In this document: piece by piece, positions 36,019 through 45,807 of the stretch
How the letters are laid out: each line of letters begins with the position of its first letter
Position numbering within the stretch: position 1 is the stretch's first letter
Source of the DNA: Gemmatimonadota bacterium
GTDB taxonomy: Bacteria; Gemmatimonadota; Gemmatimonadetes; Palauibacterales; KS3-K002
Assembly: GCA_039589995.1 (NCBI GenBank)
Contig: JBDHGH010000003.1
Coordinates: forward strand, 16,647 to 80,646
Direction: 5' to 3'
Length of the DNA stretch: 64,000 nucleotides
Position numbers and translations under genes: made by a program
The notes under the pieces: generated by a model
What the model saw: only the letters and a program-made list of their open reading frames with translations
What the model was told of the DNA's origin: nothing
The model's database searches: none

Positions 36019-36603
36019 ATGGATACGACACCCGAGGAGTACTTCGAAGCGGAGGTGGCCGAGCATCTCAACGTCGCCCGGGCCTGCCAGGACGCGCTGG
36101 CCGTGCCCTTCGCCGCAATGCTGCGCGCCTGGTCTGACTGCCTGAGCAACGGCGGCAAGATCCTGTTGTTCGGCAACGGAGGCAGCGCGGCAGATGCCCA
36201 GCATCTCGCCACCGAGCTGGTCGTGCGCTACCGCAGCGACCGCGCGCCTATGGCGGCGCTCGCGCTGACGACCGATACCTCCACACTAACCGCGGGTGGA
36301 AACGATCTGGGCTTCGAACAGATCTTCGCGCGCCAGATTCGAGCGCTGGGTCAACCGGGCGATCTGGCTGTCGGCCTATCGACATCGGGTCGAAGTCCCA
36401 ACGTAAGCACCGCCTTGAAGACTGCGCTTGAGGGCGGGCTGACCGCCACCGCCATGACCGGCGGTGACGGCGGCGATCTAACGGAGCTCGCTGACCCCAT
36501 TTTGATCGTGCCCGCGAGCGATACGGCACGCATCCAGGAGATGCACATCCTCCTCGGCCACATGCTCTGTGGCGGACTAGAACTCGAATTGGGACGGGCG
36601 TAG
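36019..36603 (+). CDS. gmhA: Phosphoheptose isomerase
   Basis: GNGGSAADAQHLATE, STSGRS, TARIQEMH. Confidence 0.95.
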   Translation: MDTTPEEYFEAEVAEHLNVARACQDALAVPFAAMLRAWSDCLSNGGKILLFGNGGSAADAQHLATELVVRYRSDRAPMAALALTTDTSTLTAGGNDLGFEQIFARQIRALGQPGDLAVGLSTSGRSPNVSTALKTALEGGLTATAMTGGDGGDLTELADPILIVPASDTARIQEMHILLGHMLCGGLELELGRA

Positions 36604-36609
36604 GGCAAA

Positions 36610-38079
36610 GTGGACGAGCACGCGTTACACGGTCTACTCGATCGGTTCGCCGATGCGCGCGTGATGTGCATCGGTGACCTGATGTACGATCGATTCGTAT
36701 ACGGCGATGTCGATCGGATCTCGGCGGAAGCCCCTATCCAGATTCTCCGGGTCAGCCACGAGAGCGCCATGTTGGGCGGAGTCGGCAATGCCGCTCGCAA
36801 CGTCGTCGCGCTGGGCGCTCGTTGCGTACTCGTCGCCGTCGTTGGCGACGATCCCGCCGGTAACCAGATACGCGGGCTGGCCGAAAACGAGGATGGCCTC
36901 GAGCCGCGTCTGGTCGTCGAGGCCGGTCGAGCGTCCACTGTTAAGACCCGCTATATCGCGGATGGACAGCAGCTACTCCGCGCCGACGAGGAGGTAACGC
37001 TCGCCCTGGCACCGGACACCTTGAAGCAACTGGTCGCGACCGTTGCTGAGACGTTGAACGACGTCGACGTCGTCGTGCTTTCCGACTACGCGAAGGGCGT
37101 ATTGGGAGACGAGTTGCTTTCGGAACTCACGGCAAAGGCGCGCGCGGCCGGCGTGCCCGTTATCGCCGACCCCAAGCGCAGGGACTTCGCCACTTATACC
37201 GGCGTCACAGTCCTGAAGCCGAACGAATCCGAGTTGGCCGCGGCGACCGGCATGCCATGCGGTAGCGACGACGAAGTCGCCGCGGCTGCTCGTTCGGCGA
37301 TGGTGAACTGTGGTTTCGCCGCTATCATGGTCAGTCGCTCGAAGAAGGGGATGAGTCTCATCGAACAGGACTCCGAGCCAGTGCACCTGCCGGCTCGAGC
37401 CCTCGAGGTGTTCGACGTCTCCGGAGCGGGCGACACCGTCGTGGCCACGACCGCTGTAGCGATGGCGGCAGGCGCCGAGCTCGCCGGCGCCGCGCAGTTG
37501 GCTAACGTGGCCGGCGGGGTGGTCGTCGGGAAGGTGGGAACCGCCGTGGTCAGCCGGGACGAGTTGGCCTCGGCGATCATGGAGGCCGAAGTCCTCTCAT
37601 CCGAGTCCAAGGTCGTGAGTACCCACGCGGCCAACGAAGCAGTGGCCCGCTGGAGGGCCCGGGGTCTTCGCGTCGGCTTCACGAACGGGTGCTTCGATCT
37701 CCTGCATCCGGGACACGTTTCGCTCCTCGGAGAAGCCCGCTCGGCCTGCGACCGTTTGATCGTCGGTTTGAACAGCGATGACTCGGTGCGGCGATTGAAG
37801 GGCGACGACAGACCGGTACAGAACGAGACGGCCCGAGCGATGGTGCTCGCCTCTCTCAGCACAGTCGACCTGGTCGTCTTGTTTGGGGAAGATACTCCGC
37901 TGAAACTGATCGAAACACTGAAGCCCGACGTCCTGGTCAAGGGAAGCGACTACAAGATCGACGAAGTCGTCGGGGCGGATATTGTGAGGAGCTACGGCGG
38001 CGAGGTGAAGCTGGCAGCCATCGTACCGGGACACAGCTCGTCCGATGTCATCTCCAGAATGACCAACCGCAGAGAATAA
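36610..38079 (+). CDS. hldE: Bifunctional heptose 7-phosphate kinase / heptose 1-phosphate adenylyltransferase
   Basis: RISAEAP, SDYAKG, DVSGAGDTV; FTNGCFDLLHPGH, GLNSDDSV, KGSDY. Confidence 0.95.
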   Translation: MDEHALHGLLDRFADARVMCIGDLMYDRFVYGDVDRISAEAPIQILRVSHESAMLGGVGNAARNVVALGARCVLVAVVGDDPAGNQIRGLAENEDGLEPRLVVEAGRASTVKTRYIADGQQLLRADEEVTLALAPDTLKQLVATVAETLNDVDVVVLSDYAKGVLGDELLSELTAKARAAGVPVIADPKRRDFATYTGVTVLKPNESELAAATGMPCGSDDEVAAAARSAMVNCGFAAIMVSRSKKGMSLIEQDSEPVHLPARALEVFDVSGAGDTVVATTAVAMAAGAELAGAAQLANVAGGVVVGKVGTAVVSRDELASAIMEAEVLSSESKVVSTHAANEAVARWRARGLRVGFTNGCFDLLHPGHVSLLGEARSACDRLIVGLNSDDSVRRLKGDDRPVQNETARAMVLASLSTVDLVVLFGEDTPLKLIETLKPDVLVKGSDYKIDEVVGADIVRSYGGEVKLAAIVPGHSSSDVISRMTNRRE

Positions 38080-38097
38080 AGAGCCCGCTAGCCCGGC

Positions 38098-39306
38098 TTA
38101 CTCGTTGAACGGCGCCCGTCCGTCCAGATCGGCCGGCCACTCCTCGTAGACACCCTCCGCCGCCGCCTTCGGCTTGGGCATCTTGGCCCGGCTGGCCAAG
38201 GCTCTCTCGGCCGCGCTCTCCACCTCTTCAGTCACGTCAGCTTCGATACCGGCGAGAGCTTCGCGATTGGCCTCGGAAGGTGGATCACCCGATACGCGCT
38301 CACCGGATTTGAGATCGATGGAAGATTCTATCAACCAGGTCTCATAGCAGCCGATGGGATCACGCATACCCCACTCCGCGAAGACCTCCGGCTCGAAGAG
38401 CGTACGGGCTTCGTTCTCGTCGTGAGTCGCATGGCCACCCATTCGAAACGTCTCAGCGCTCAGAAATACCGGCCCGTTACCCTGGTGGCACTCATCCACG
38501 GCCCACCGCGTGGCCGCGTAGGCGTCGAGTACGTGGTTGCCATCGAACCCGCTGGCCAGGGCGCCGTACAGTCGGCCCCACTCGGAGAAGTCCTCCGCTC
38601 GATGATGCTGACGCAAGCGCGTGCCCAGAGCCACCTGGTTGTTCTGGATGATGTACACGACGGGCACGCGCTGGGCCGCAGCCAACGAGAAAGCTTCGTG
38701 AACGGCACCGGACTTCGTCGCACCGTCACCGATCCATGTGAGCGCGACCCGCTGCTCGCTTCGTTTCATAAACGCCAGCGCGTAGCCGGCCATGACCGGC
38801 GTAAGAGCCCCGACCATGCTCGTGGGTGCAACGATCCCGAACTCTTTGCCGCCGATGTGCAAGTCTCGTCCCGCGTTCGGCGAATCTGCCGTCGCTAGGT
38901 AGCCCCGAAGCATGTCGGCCACCGGCATTCCCATCTCGTGGCAGGCGCCGGCGTTCCGGATCATCGGCCCCACCACGTCCCCGTCGGCCCCCGACCGATT
39001 GAGCGCGTGCACGGGCCCGACCGTCGTCGCCTCCTCGCCGGTCCCCAACCATGCCTTCGTGATCACGCCCTGACGCACCCATCGTTTCAGCGCGATGTCG
39101 TGGAGACGGAACCGCAGCATGCCCGCGTACAGGTCCAGAAGTCGATAGTGCGGCAGCTCCTCGATGATCTGGCGCCGCGACGAATCACGTTCGAGGGTGG
39201 CCCGATAAGCCTCCGTCACCTGCGGGTCGGGCTGCCAATCGACGTATTCCGGTGGGTCGTATGCGGGGTAGCGTTTCACGATCTCTCCTTCGGTCGGCGC
39301 CCTCAC
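38098..39306 (-). CDS. TPP-dependent 2-oxoacid dehydrogenase E1 alpha-like subunit
   Basis: GDGA...NNQ TPP motif, FRMGGHATHD, DPI. Confidence 0.85.
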   Translation of the reverse strand: MRAPTEGEIVKRYPAYDPPEYVDWQPDPQVTEAYRATLERDSSRRQIIEELPHYRLLDLYAGMLRFRLHDIALKRWVRQGVITKAWLGTGEEATTVGPVHALNRSGADGDVVGPMIRNAGACHEMGMPVADMLRGYLATADSPNAGRDLHIGGKEFGIVAPTSMVGALTPVMAGYALAFMKRSEQRVALTWIGDGATKSGAVHEAFSLAAAQRVPVVYIIQNNQVALGTRLRQHHRAEDFSEWGRLYGALASGFDGNHVLDAYAATRWAVDECHQGNGPVFLSAETFRMGGHATHDENEARTLFEPEVFAEWGMRDPIGCYETWLIESSIDLKSGERVSGDPPSEANREALAGIEADVTEEVESAAERALASRAKMPKPKAAAEGVYEEWPADLDGRAPFNE

Positions 39307-39491
39307 TCGGCCGGATTGGCCAGGCGGATTTCGACGAGGTCGGCGTTGGCCGTCAACGCCTCGGGGAATCGCTCGGCCGCTTTGACCAGAGCATCGCGCA
39401 GATCAGCGGCGTCGATCTCCAACACCTCGTACTGTTGAGCCCGAGAGTAGTGTCGGATCGTCACCCTATAAGTACTACTTCCACTTTTCAT
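39303..39491 (-). CDS. Small hypothetical protein (62 aa)
   Basis: Stop overlaps the start of the E1 alpha gene (GTGA); natural composition. Confidence 0.6.
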   Translation of the reverse strand: MKSGSSTYRVTIRHYSRAQQYEVLEIDAADLRDALVKAAERFPEALTANADLVEIRLANPAE

Positions 39492-39579
39492 TACAAGAGA
39501 TCGTTCAGCTTATCGCGGGAAGGCAACCGACAGGCAAGCGTGGCGTTACGCGGTTGGCGCGATTCGAATGGACAGGGAC

Positions 39580-39873
39580 TCAGCTCTCACCCTCCTCTTC
39601 CAGGAGGCTCGCGAAGATCTTGCGGCGAAGCTCGGGCGGTGCGGGAATGTGAGCCTGGTCTTCGACGAAACGGAGAAAGGCCGTCTCGAAATCGTATCGA
39701 GGCATGCAGGCTTTGCACTTCGCCAGGTGCTCGCGGATCTGCCCAACCTTCTGCTCGTCGAGCTCTCCATCGATGTACTCGTAGAGCTGCTGCATCACGG
39801 TGCAACAGTCGACTCCACCCGGTGGCGGCATCGCCTTGCCCATCCAGTTCCCCAGTTTCCAGAACGCCGTCAT
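39580..39873 (-). CDS. Zinc-binding anti-sigma factor (ZAS, RsrA-like)
   Basis: C...LYEYIDGEL...HLAKCKAC (HxxxCxxC), APPELR; ATGA overlap with the sigma gene. Confidence 0.88.
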   Translation of the reverse strand: MTAFWKLGNWMGKAMPPPGGVDCCTVMQQLYEYIDGELDEQKVGQIREHLAKCKACMPRYDFETAFLRFVEDQAHIPAPPELRRKIFASLLEEEGES

Positions 39874-40424
39874 CTGATATACCCCATCTCGAGAGCATAC
39901 TCGTACAGGCGCTGCTGCAGCCGCCGGCGCCCGCGGAACAGTCGGGATTTCACGGTCCCAACCGGTAGGTCCAAGATTTCGGCTATTTCGGCGTAGCTCA
40001 TTCCCTCGACGTCGCTCAACACCACCGGGATCCTGAACTCCTCGGGCAAGTCCTGGATCGCCTGTTTCACCTCGTCGTCCACGATTTCATGGAAGAAGGT
40101 GCCCTCGGGGTCCTTGTCCTGCACGGATTCGAATACTGATATGTCCTCGACCGTCTCGAACTGAACCGCGCTCGGCCGTCTACTGTTACGTCGAAACTGA
40201 TTGATGAACGTGTTCCGCATGATCGTAACCAACCAGGCACGGCAGTTTGTTCCCGGCTCGTACTTGTCCCAGGCCCGGTAAGCCTTGGTCACCGTGTCCT
40301 GCACGAGGTCCTCAGCATCCGACGCATTACCGCATAGGCGCAAAGCCACGTTGAACAGCGTGTCCAGGTGGACGAGCGCTTCGTTCTCGAATTCCTTGCG
40401 CCTGGGAGAGTCGTTTTGTCCCAT
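39870..40424 (-). CDS. ECF sigma-70 factor (SigH/SigR-like)
   Basis: DAEDLVQDT, RAWLVTIMRN, SYAEIAEILDLPVGTVKSRLFRGR. Confidence 0.95.
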   Translation of the reverse strand: MGQNDSPRRKEFENEALVHLDTLFNVALRLCGNASDAEDLVQDTVTKAYRAWDKYEPGTNCRAWLVTIMRNTFINQFRRNSRRPSAVQFETVEDISVFESVQDKDPEGTFFHEIVDDEVKQAIQDLPEEFRIPVVLSDVEGMSYAEIAEILDLPVGTVKSRLFRGRRRLQQRLYEYALEMGYIR

Positions 40425-40797
40425 CGGTCTCTTTTAATGATCGGGGTCAGGGCTGGTCCCAATAATACCGCTGACCGTCCTATGTGCAACGCTAATGGCG
40501 CCTTGAAAGTTCGCGCCCACCGGGTCCGATGGGGCACGTTGCTACAGGCTTTCTCTCTCCCGTCCTTTCCTAACCCCGAAAGACCTATTATTGTGAAAGA
40601 TCCTACGCTATGGTTGTCGACCCGTTTTGAGGGGCTGGGAATCACCTCAAACGGCGTAGATTGTTGAGACGAGGCGGCTCGGCCGCTTTTTGGACGACAT
40701 TCCCCGGTTACCTGGAGGGCTCCTGAGACCTCCGCCGCCCGCGGAGGCGACCGGTTATTGGGGCTCGATGGGTGGCTTGTTCAGAGGAGGTTCGGCT

Positions 40798-41508
40798 ATG
40801 CGATTCGGCCAGAGGCCAACGGCCGTCTTGAAAAGCCTGACGCTTTCCCAGGTTGACGATCTGCGCGCCATCGGCACGGTGCGCAGCTACCGCAAGAACG
40901 AGAGCATCTACGAGCTGGGCCAGCCGGCCAGCGCGATACATTTCGTGCTGAGGGGTCGGGCTCGTCTGCGTGACCGCGACTGGGAAGGCCGCGACATCAC
41001 CGTCGGTTTCGCCGCCGAAGGCGAGGCATTCGGGCTCGAGGCGCTGGCCGAGGGTCCTCGGCGCGTCATGTCTGCGTCGGCGGCCGAGGGTAGCGAGCTA
41101 TTGAGCATCGAGTCCGATTCGCTCCGCAACCTTCTGGCCCGTGATCCCGCATTGACCCGACACCTCCTGCGCCATGCCGGGGCGCTGATGTTGCATATGG
41201 AAGAACGGATAAAGATGCTGGCCTTCCTCGACGTACCGTCGCGCCTCGCAGGCACGATACTCTGGCTGGCCGACCGTTACGGCCAGACCAGCGAGCGCGG
41301 GGTCGAGGTTCCCTATTGGTTCACACACCAGGAGATGGCAGACCTGATCGGTTCCACTCGCGAAACCGTCACGACCGTGTTGGCGGAGTTCAAGCGGGAT
41401 GGATTGGTCGATAGCCGCAATCACCATTTCATCGTCATCGACCGCGGCGCCCTGACGCAGCGGATCAAGCTGCCGGGCTTCGGCGAGCCGGCGGGCGAAG
41501 CCGGATAG
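40798..41508 (+). CDS. Crp/Fnr family transcriptional regulator
   Basis: cNMP domain (GEAFG...R) and HTH THQEMADLIGSTRETVT; GGAGG before ATG 40798. Confidence 0.92.
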   Translation: MRFGQRPTAVLKSLTLSQVDDLRAIGTVRSYRKNESIYELGQPASAIHFVLRGRARLRDRDWEGRDITVGFAAEGEAFGLEALAEGPRRVMSASAAEGSELLSIESDSLRNLLARDPALTRHLLRHAGALMLHMEERIKMLAFLDVPSRLAGTILWLADRYGQTSERGVEVPYWFTHQEMADLIGSTRETVTTVLAEFKRDGLVDSRNHHFIVIDRGALTQRIKLPGFGEPAGEAG

Positions 41509-41604
41509 AACACGGCCCAGCCAGACTCAGGAACACACTTACCCCGGTCGTCGGGCCAGAAGCCAGACGGCTGGGGTAAAGTCTTATATGAATTTCAGGT
41601 GGAA

Positions 41605-41832
41605 CTAGCTGGCCACCGCGGCCTTAGTTCCCTTGATCTCGGTGATCACCGACTCCAGCAGCTCACCGGCTCGCGCCAAGCCTTCGCCGTTCGGCGTCTT
41701 GTGCCCAAGCAGTGAGGCCTCGGCGGCGACCGAGTTCAGGTTGCGATACGCCTCGAGCGTCTGTCGGGCCAACTCGCGGAGCCGCACCTTATCGTCGTTA
41801 CGATTCTTCGACAAAGCTTCCCCCTTTCCCAT
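41605..41832 (-). CDS. Small hypothetical helical protein
   Basis: 75 aa from ATG 41832, 4 nt after the upstream stop. Confidence 0.55.
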   Translation of the reverse strand: MGKGEALSKNRNDDKVRLRELARQTLEAYRNLNSVAAEASLLGHKTPNGEGLARAGELLESVITEIKGTKAAVAS

Positions 41833-41836
41833 TACT

Positions 41837-42796
41837 TCAAACATTTCCCCAAGCGGCAGCCACTTGAGCAGCACCTGCGTTACGGGCCTGGTTCAGCGCC
41901 CGATCCGCCGCGTTCAGCAACAGCTCCGGGCTGGTCTGCACCTGCCCGTTGCGGCCTTCCACTCCAGCCACGCCGGCGCTGAACGTCAACGGCAAGTCGC
42001 CGGCAACCAGCCGGGACAACGAGAACGTCGTGAAACGCTCTGCCAACCTCACGGCCCCCGACGGCCCGGTGTGGGGCGCGAGGACCAGGAACTTCAGGGT
42101 TTCCAGACGTCCGATAATGTCTGAATTGCGCGTCCTGTGATGGAGGGCCAAAGAGAACTCCCTCCCCGCCTCGGACACCGTGTCGCCCGTAATGCTGTCG
42201 CTATCGACCGAGCGATCGGCCCCGAACACAACGCACGACAGCGCCGAATCCGTCCGCTGTGTCAAAGCTGCGAGTTCGCGAAGGCGACGCTTTATACCCT
42301 GGGAGGAGTAGTGCCCGGTCTCGGCATCCAACAAACTGGTGATCTGCAGCCCATCCACGTCCCGCTTCATCACGATCCAATTCGCCAGTTTAACCACCAG
42401 CTCGGAGGACTCTCCCGGCATCTCGAGAACATCCCAAAAACCGTCTTCGAGCGCGGCCAGGCGCCCATCGTACGGGGTCTCGGCATCACAAAGACCGATG
42501 ATCGGAACCGTCGGGCGCTTGGGAATGGCCCGGATCTGCTTCCCGGCATCCGCGCGCTCCTGAGTCGGCAGTCTGATGTCGAGCAAAATCGCATCGGTCC
42601 TGCGGTCCAGCAGAAAACTGGCGAGCGACTCGGGCGGGCGCCCTCCCGAGATTTGGTAGCTGTCTTCCTCGAAGATGGTCGCGAGAGAACGTAGAAGCGC
42701 CTCGTCGGTCGTGAACACCGTGACCTTCGCCGGCCCGTTCTGAGACGCCGTCCCAGCGGTTTGTGGAATCCGCTCTTGGACTTTGCCAGTGGTCAT
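41837..42796 (-). CDS. Receiver domain plus degenerate GGDEF domain protein
   Basis: AILLDIRLP receiver; DAETG, RNSDIIGRLETLKF (RxGGDEF replaced), TFSAGVA, ADRAL. Confidence 0.8.
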   Translation of the reverse strand: MTTGKVQERIPQTAGTASQNGPAKVTVFTTDEALLRSLATIFEEDSYQISGGRPPESLASFLLDRRTDAILLDIRLPTQERADAGKQIRAIPKRPTVPIIGLCDAETPYDGRLAALEDGFWDVLEMPGESSELVVKLANWIVMKRDVDGLQITSLLDAETGHYSSQGIKRRLRELAALTQRTDSALSCVVFGADRSVDSDSITGDTVSEAGREFSLALHHRTRNSDIIGRLETLKFLVLAPHTGPSGAVRLAERFTTFSLSRLVAGDLPLTFSAGVAGVEGRNGQVQTSPELLLNAADRALNQARNAGAAQVAAAWGNV

Positions 42797-43149
42797 CCCT
42801 TGCCTCCGTCGTTACTCGCTCGAAGGTCTGGAACGCAAGAGATGCGCCGAAGGCACAACTGGAAGCGACGTACCATAACTATTGGTATGACAACAATTTA
42901 TGGTGGGCCGAAAAGCTGTCCTGCCTTTCGGGGAGACACTTACTTTCCTGGAAGCTGCAAAGATTTCCGTGCGCGGGCCCGGGCCAGACAGCGCGTGGAG
43001 GCCTCGCTTCATATCGCGCGGCTCGAGCCATGGTCTGGGATGAGCCGGGGCGCTCAAATGTCCGCGAGTAGCCTCACGCGCTGCCTGTCCCTTCGCGGTA
43101 GGTGGGGATTACATGAGGTGATCTGCCGCAAACGGAGGGTAATTCGACT

Positions 43150-43185
43150 TCGATTGCTCAATTGTTCTATTGTTCTACTGCTCGA
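43150..43185. repeat. Octamer tandem repeat, TCTATTGY family
   Basis: TCGATTGC TCAATTGT TCTATTGT TCTACTGC TCGA; related arrays at 45764-45807 and 31624-31642. Confidence 0.75.
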
Positions 43186-43190
43186 ATTCC

Positions 43191-43637
43191 CTATCCCGAT
43201 GCGCTTTCAGGCTGCGTCACCCGGGACCCGACCAGCGCCTGGTGAGCAACGAAGCCGATCAAGAAGACAAAACCGAGAGCGATATGCGAGATCGCCAGGA
43301 CCTTCAGCGGCGTGACCTGAGTCACGATCTGGATCAAATAGCCGGAGAGGATCATCAGGGCGGCGATCAAGAATGTCACGGTTCCGGTTCTGCGACCTGC
43401 GGGGGCGCGAGCCTTGAACTGCTGCCAGATGTGCTTCGAGCTGATGAGTCCTAGCGCGAAGACCAGCGCCGGCGCCGTAACGATGTGCGCCTTCAGCAGC
43501 CACGGCTGGAATGGGTGGTTGATGACTGCCCACGGATCATCGGTAAGCATGAAATATTTCGTCCACAGCAGTCCGACCCCGGTGATCGCTGTCAGTGTGA
43601 ACGAAGTCCACAGCATCCATTTCTCGAATCGGTTCAT
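43191..43637 (-). CDS. Four-TM His-rich membrane protein, probable cytochrome b-like
   Basis: MNRFEKWMLW...; His residues in or next to TM helices (KAHIV, KHIW, ISHIAL, VAHQ); SGY. Confidence 0.65.
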   Translation of the reverse strand: MNRFEKWMLWTSFTLTAITGVGLLWTKYFMLTDDPWAVINHPFQPWLLKAHIVTAPALVFALGLISSKHIWQQFKARAPAGRRTGTVTFLIAALMILSGYLIQIVTQVTPLKVLAISHIALGFVFLIGFVAHQALVGSRVTQPESASG

Positions 43638-43653
43638 CGGACCACTAGTTGTC

Positions 43654-44259
43654 TCATTGTTTGAAGGGGTCGATGACCTCGTGCAACGCGAGCACGCGTC
43701 GCGATGCTTGCGTGACCGCACGGGAGGTCAGCGTCGCACCCGTCATGTTTACGATGGAGCGCTTCAGAAGAAGTTCGCTCGTCAGTTCCTTCCCCTCGAA
43801 CTGTTCTAGCCAGCTCTCGGGTGCCAGGTACTCGGGCGGTTCTGAGAACTTCAGCACCTCGATGCGCCGAATCGTTCCTTCGGGCGTTACAACGATCATG
43901 AGTACTTCGGGAAGCGTCCGAACCCGGTGGGCGTCGAAGTACGCGACTCCCGCGGCGGTTCCATCACCGCTCGCCACATAGTATGTGACCACGCTGTGAT
44001 CGACTTCGACATCGCTGCCCGCGAGTTCCTGCGCCGTTGCCAATTGTTCCTCGGTGAGGAAAGCAGTCTTCCGTTCGAGAAGCAGCGGCTCGGGAAACGC
44101 TAGCCTGAGCGCTTCCGGCTGCGTCATCCGCAACTGCGCGAACGCCGCCCCCGGCGTTAGCGACGCCAGCAGCATAGCCAGGCAGGCGATCGATCTCGTG
44201 CAGTTCCGGGTCGATCGCCGACCTGGAATCGTGCTAGAAGGGGGTTGCCTGTGCCGCAC
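43654..44259 (-). CDS. Exported FMN-binding (flavinylated) protein
   Basis: Signal peptide ending AAFA; WLEQFEGK; NMTGATLTS flavinylation-type motif. Confidence 0.85.
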   Translation of the reverse strand: MRHRQPPSSTIPGRRSTRNCTRSIACLAMLLASLTPGAAFAQLRMTQPEALRLAFPEPLLLERKTAFLTEEQLATAQELAGSDVEVDHSVVTYYVASGDGTAAGVAYFDAHRVRTLPEVLMIVVTPEGTIRRIEVLKFSEPPEYLAPESWLEQFEGKELTSELLLKRSIVNMTGATLTSRAVTQASRRVLALHEVIDPFKQ

Positions 44260-44273
44260 CGATACTCCGTCCT

Positions 44274-45665
44274 CTAGAACAAGTAGCCGATGTTGATGTT
44301 GAATTGGTTCACCCCGGTATCCGCCTTGTTCTTGTTAATCAGGTAGTCGGCTTTGACCGCGAGGTTCAGGATCGGTTGCCACTGGGCACCGATCGTGATG
44401 ATTTCCCGATCGTTGGCCGGGTTCGCGGAGAAGCCCTGGGGAACCCGGTCCTGCGTGTTGATCTGCTCGTAGCGCACGTACGGCATCAACCGATGCTGCG
44501 TGTTCACTCTGTGAAGAACATCGTAACCGCCCTGCAGGTACCAGCCCGTGAGCCGCTCACCGACTGACTGGTTTCCGGTGTATCCCTGGGCGGCGTTGAC
44601 GCCAACGACGTCATCGACGTTGGCCAGGGCGAACAGACCGCGAAGGTCTACGCCGCGCGCCCGGTACTGGGCGTGTCCTTCCCAGATCACCGTCAGCGCA
44701 CCGATCGTCGCAGACGAGTCAGTGGGCACAACGTTGCCTTGACCCGAGTTGCCGGCATAAAACGACATGCCCAGCTGAAGGCCCAGCAGGCCCATGTAGT
44801 CCACGCGAGCTACGCCGGCAAAGTCTTCCGCTGCCGCCTTCGATCCCTTCTGTCGGCCACCTCGCAAACCTTCAGCGCTGAAGCCGGATGCCTTCGAGCT
44901 TCCACCGCCGATGGCGTCGAGACCGTTCACCACGTACCCGCGATAGACGAAACCGCCGGCCTGACCGAATAGTCCCAGTCCGTTTTCGCGCCAGGTCGTG
45001 GGAATGATGTACCGCTCGGTGGCAGGACGTTCGCTGCCCAGAAACGTCGTGGGTTCGTGCTGCTCGTTGATGAAACCCATGGGCACCAGGACCAGACCGG
45101 CGCGAGCCGCTATTGCGTCTGCTATGAAGTAGTCGATATAGGCGAACTCCAGCGATACCGAACCCGACTGACCGGTCGACGCGTGCTCGATCTCGATCTC
45201 CGAGTTGAACAGAATCCGGTCGTTGAACTTGTAGCCGACGTAGACCACGCCGCGGAGGAAATCGAGCTGGTCCTTCTTGCCCGAGGGAGAGCCGTTCTCA
45301 CCGCTTGTCGCGAAGTTCTGGTACAGCATCTCGCCGTATCCGCCGATGGACACGCCCTGCTGGACCCTGTAGACTTTGGACGCCGCCGGTCCCAACCCGT
45401 AGACAGCGGTGTCGGCCTCCACGACAACTTCCTGACCCAGCTTCAATTCCTCGATCTCGCGAGTGATGGCATCGATCTGGCGCTGAAGCTCAGCGATCTG
45501 GGCGCTGTCCTGTCCAGCCAGCAACTCCTGGAGCAGTTCAACGCGTCGCTCCAGGTCTCTCAACCGCTCCTCTATGTCCTCTTCCTGCCCTAACAAAGGA
45601 CTCGCGATTAACGAGGCTACCAACACGATGCCCCACACAAAGCTTCCATGTCGCTTGTAACTCAC
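44274..45665 (-). CDS. Outer-membrane porin with an N-terminal coiled coil
   Basis: Signal peptide; coiled coil; IGGYGE, YVGYKFNDRILFNSEIEIEH, VSLEFAYIDY, NEQHEP, IIPTTWRE; C-terminal GYLF. Start inferred at GTG 45665. Confidence 0.8.
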   Translation of the reverse strand: MSYKRHGSFVWGIVLVASLIASPLLGQEEDIEERLRDLERRVELLQELLAGQDSAQIAELQRQIDAITREIEELKLGQEVVVEADTAVYGLGPAASKVYRVQQGVSIGGYGEMLYQNFATSGENGSPSGKKDQLDFLRGVVYVGYKFNDRILFNSEIEIEHASTGQSGSVSLEFAYIDYFIADAIAARAGLVLVPMGFINEQHEPTTFLGSERPATERYIIPTTWRENGLGLFGQAGGFVYRGYVVNGLDAIGGGSSKASGFSAEGLRGGRQKGSKAAAEDFAGVARVDYMGLLGLQLGMSFYAGNSGQGNVVPTDSSATIGALTVIWEGHAQYRARGVDLRGLFALANVDDVVGVNAAQGYTGNQSVGERLTGWYLQGGYDVLHRVNTQHRLMPYVRYEQINTQDRVPQGFSANPANDREIITIGAQWQPILNLAVKADYLINKNKADTGVNQFNINIGYLF

Positions 45666-45763
45666 GACTCGTAACAGTGTCCTTTCTCTTAAAAGTTGTC
45701 TTGGGGCCAATCGCGCGACTTCGGCAACTGCGTTGCAGGGTGCAAGGACCCTTAACTTCAACT

Positions 45764-45807
45764 TCGATTGCTCTATTGTTCTATTGCTCTATTGCTCTAT
45801 TGCTCGA
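45764..45807. repeat. Octamer tandem repeat (5 units) overlapping the apbE stop codon
   Basis: TCGATTGC TCTATTGT TCTATTGC TCTATTGC TCTATTGC TCGA. Confidence 0.85.
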
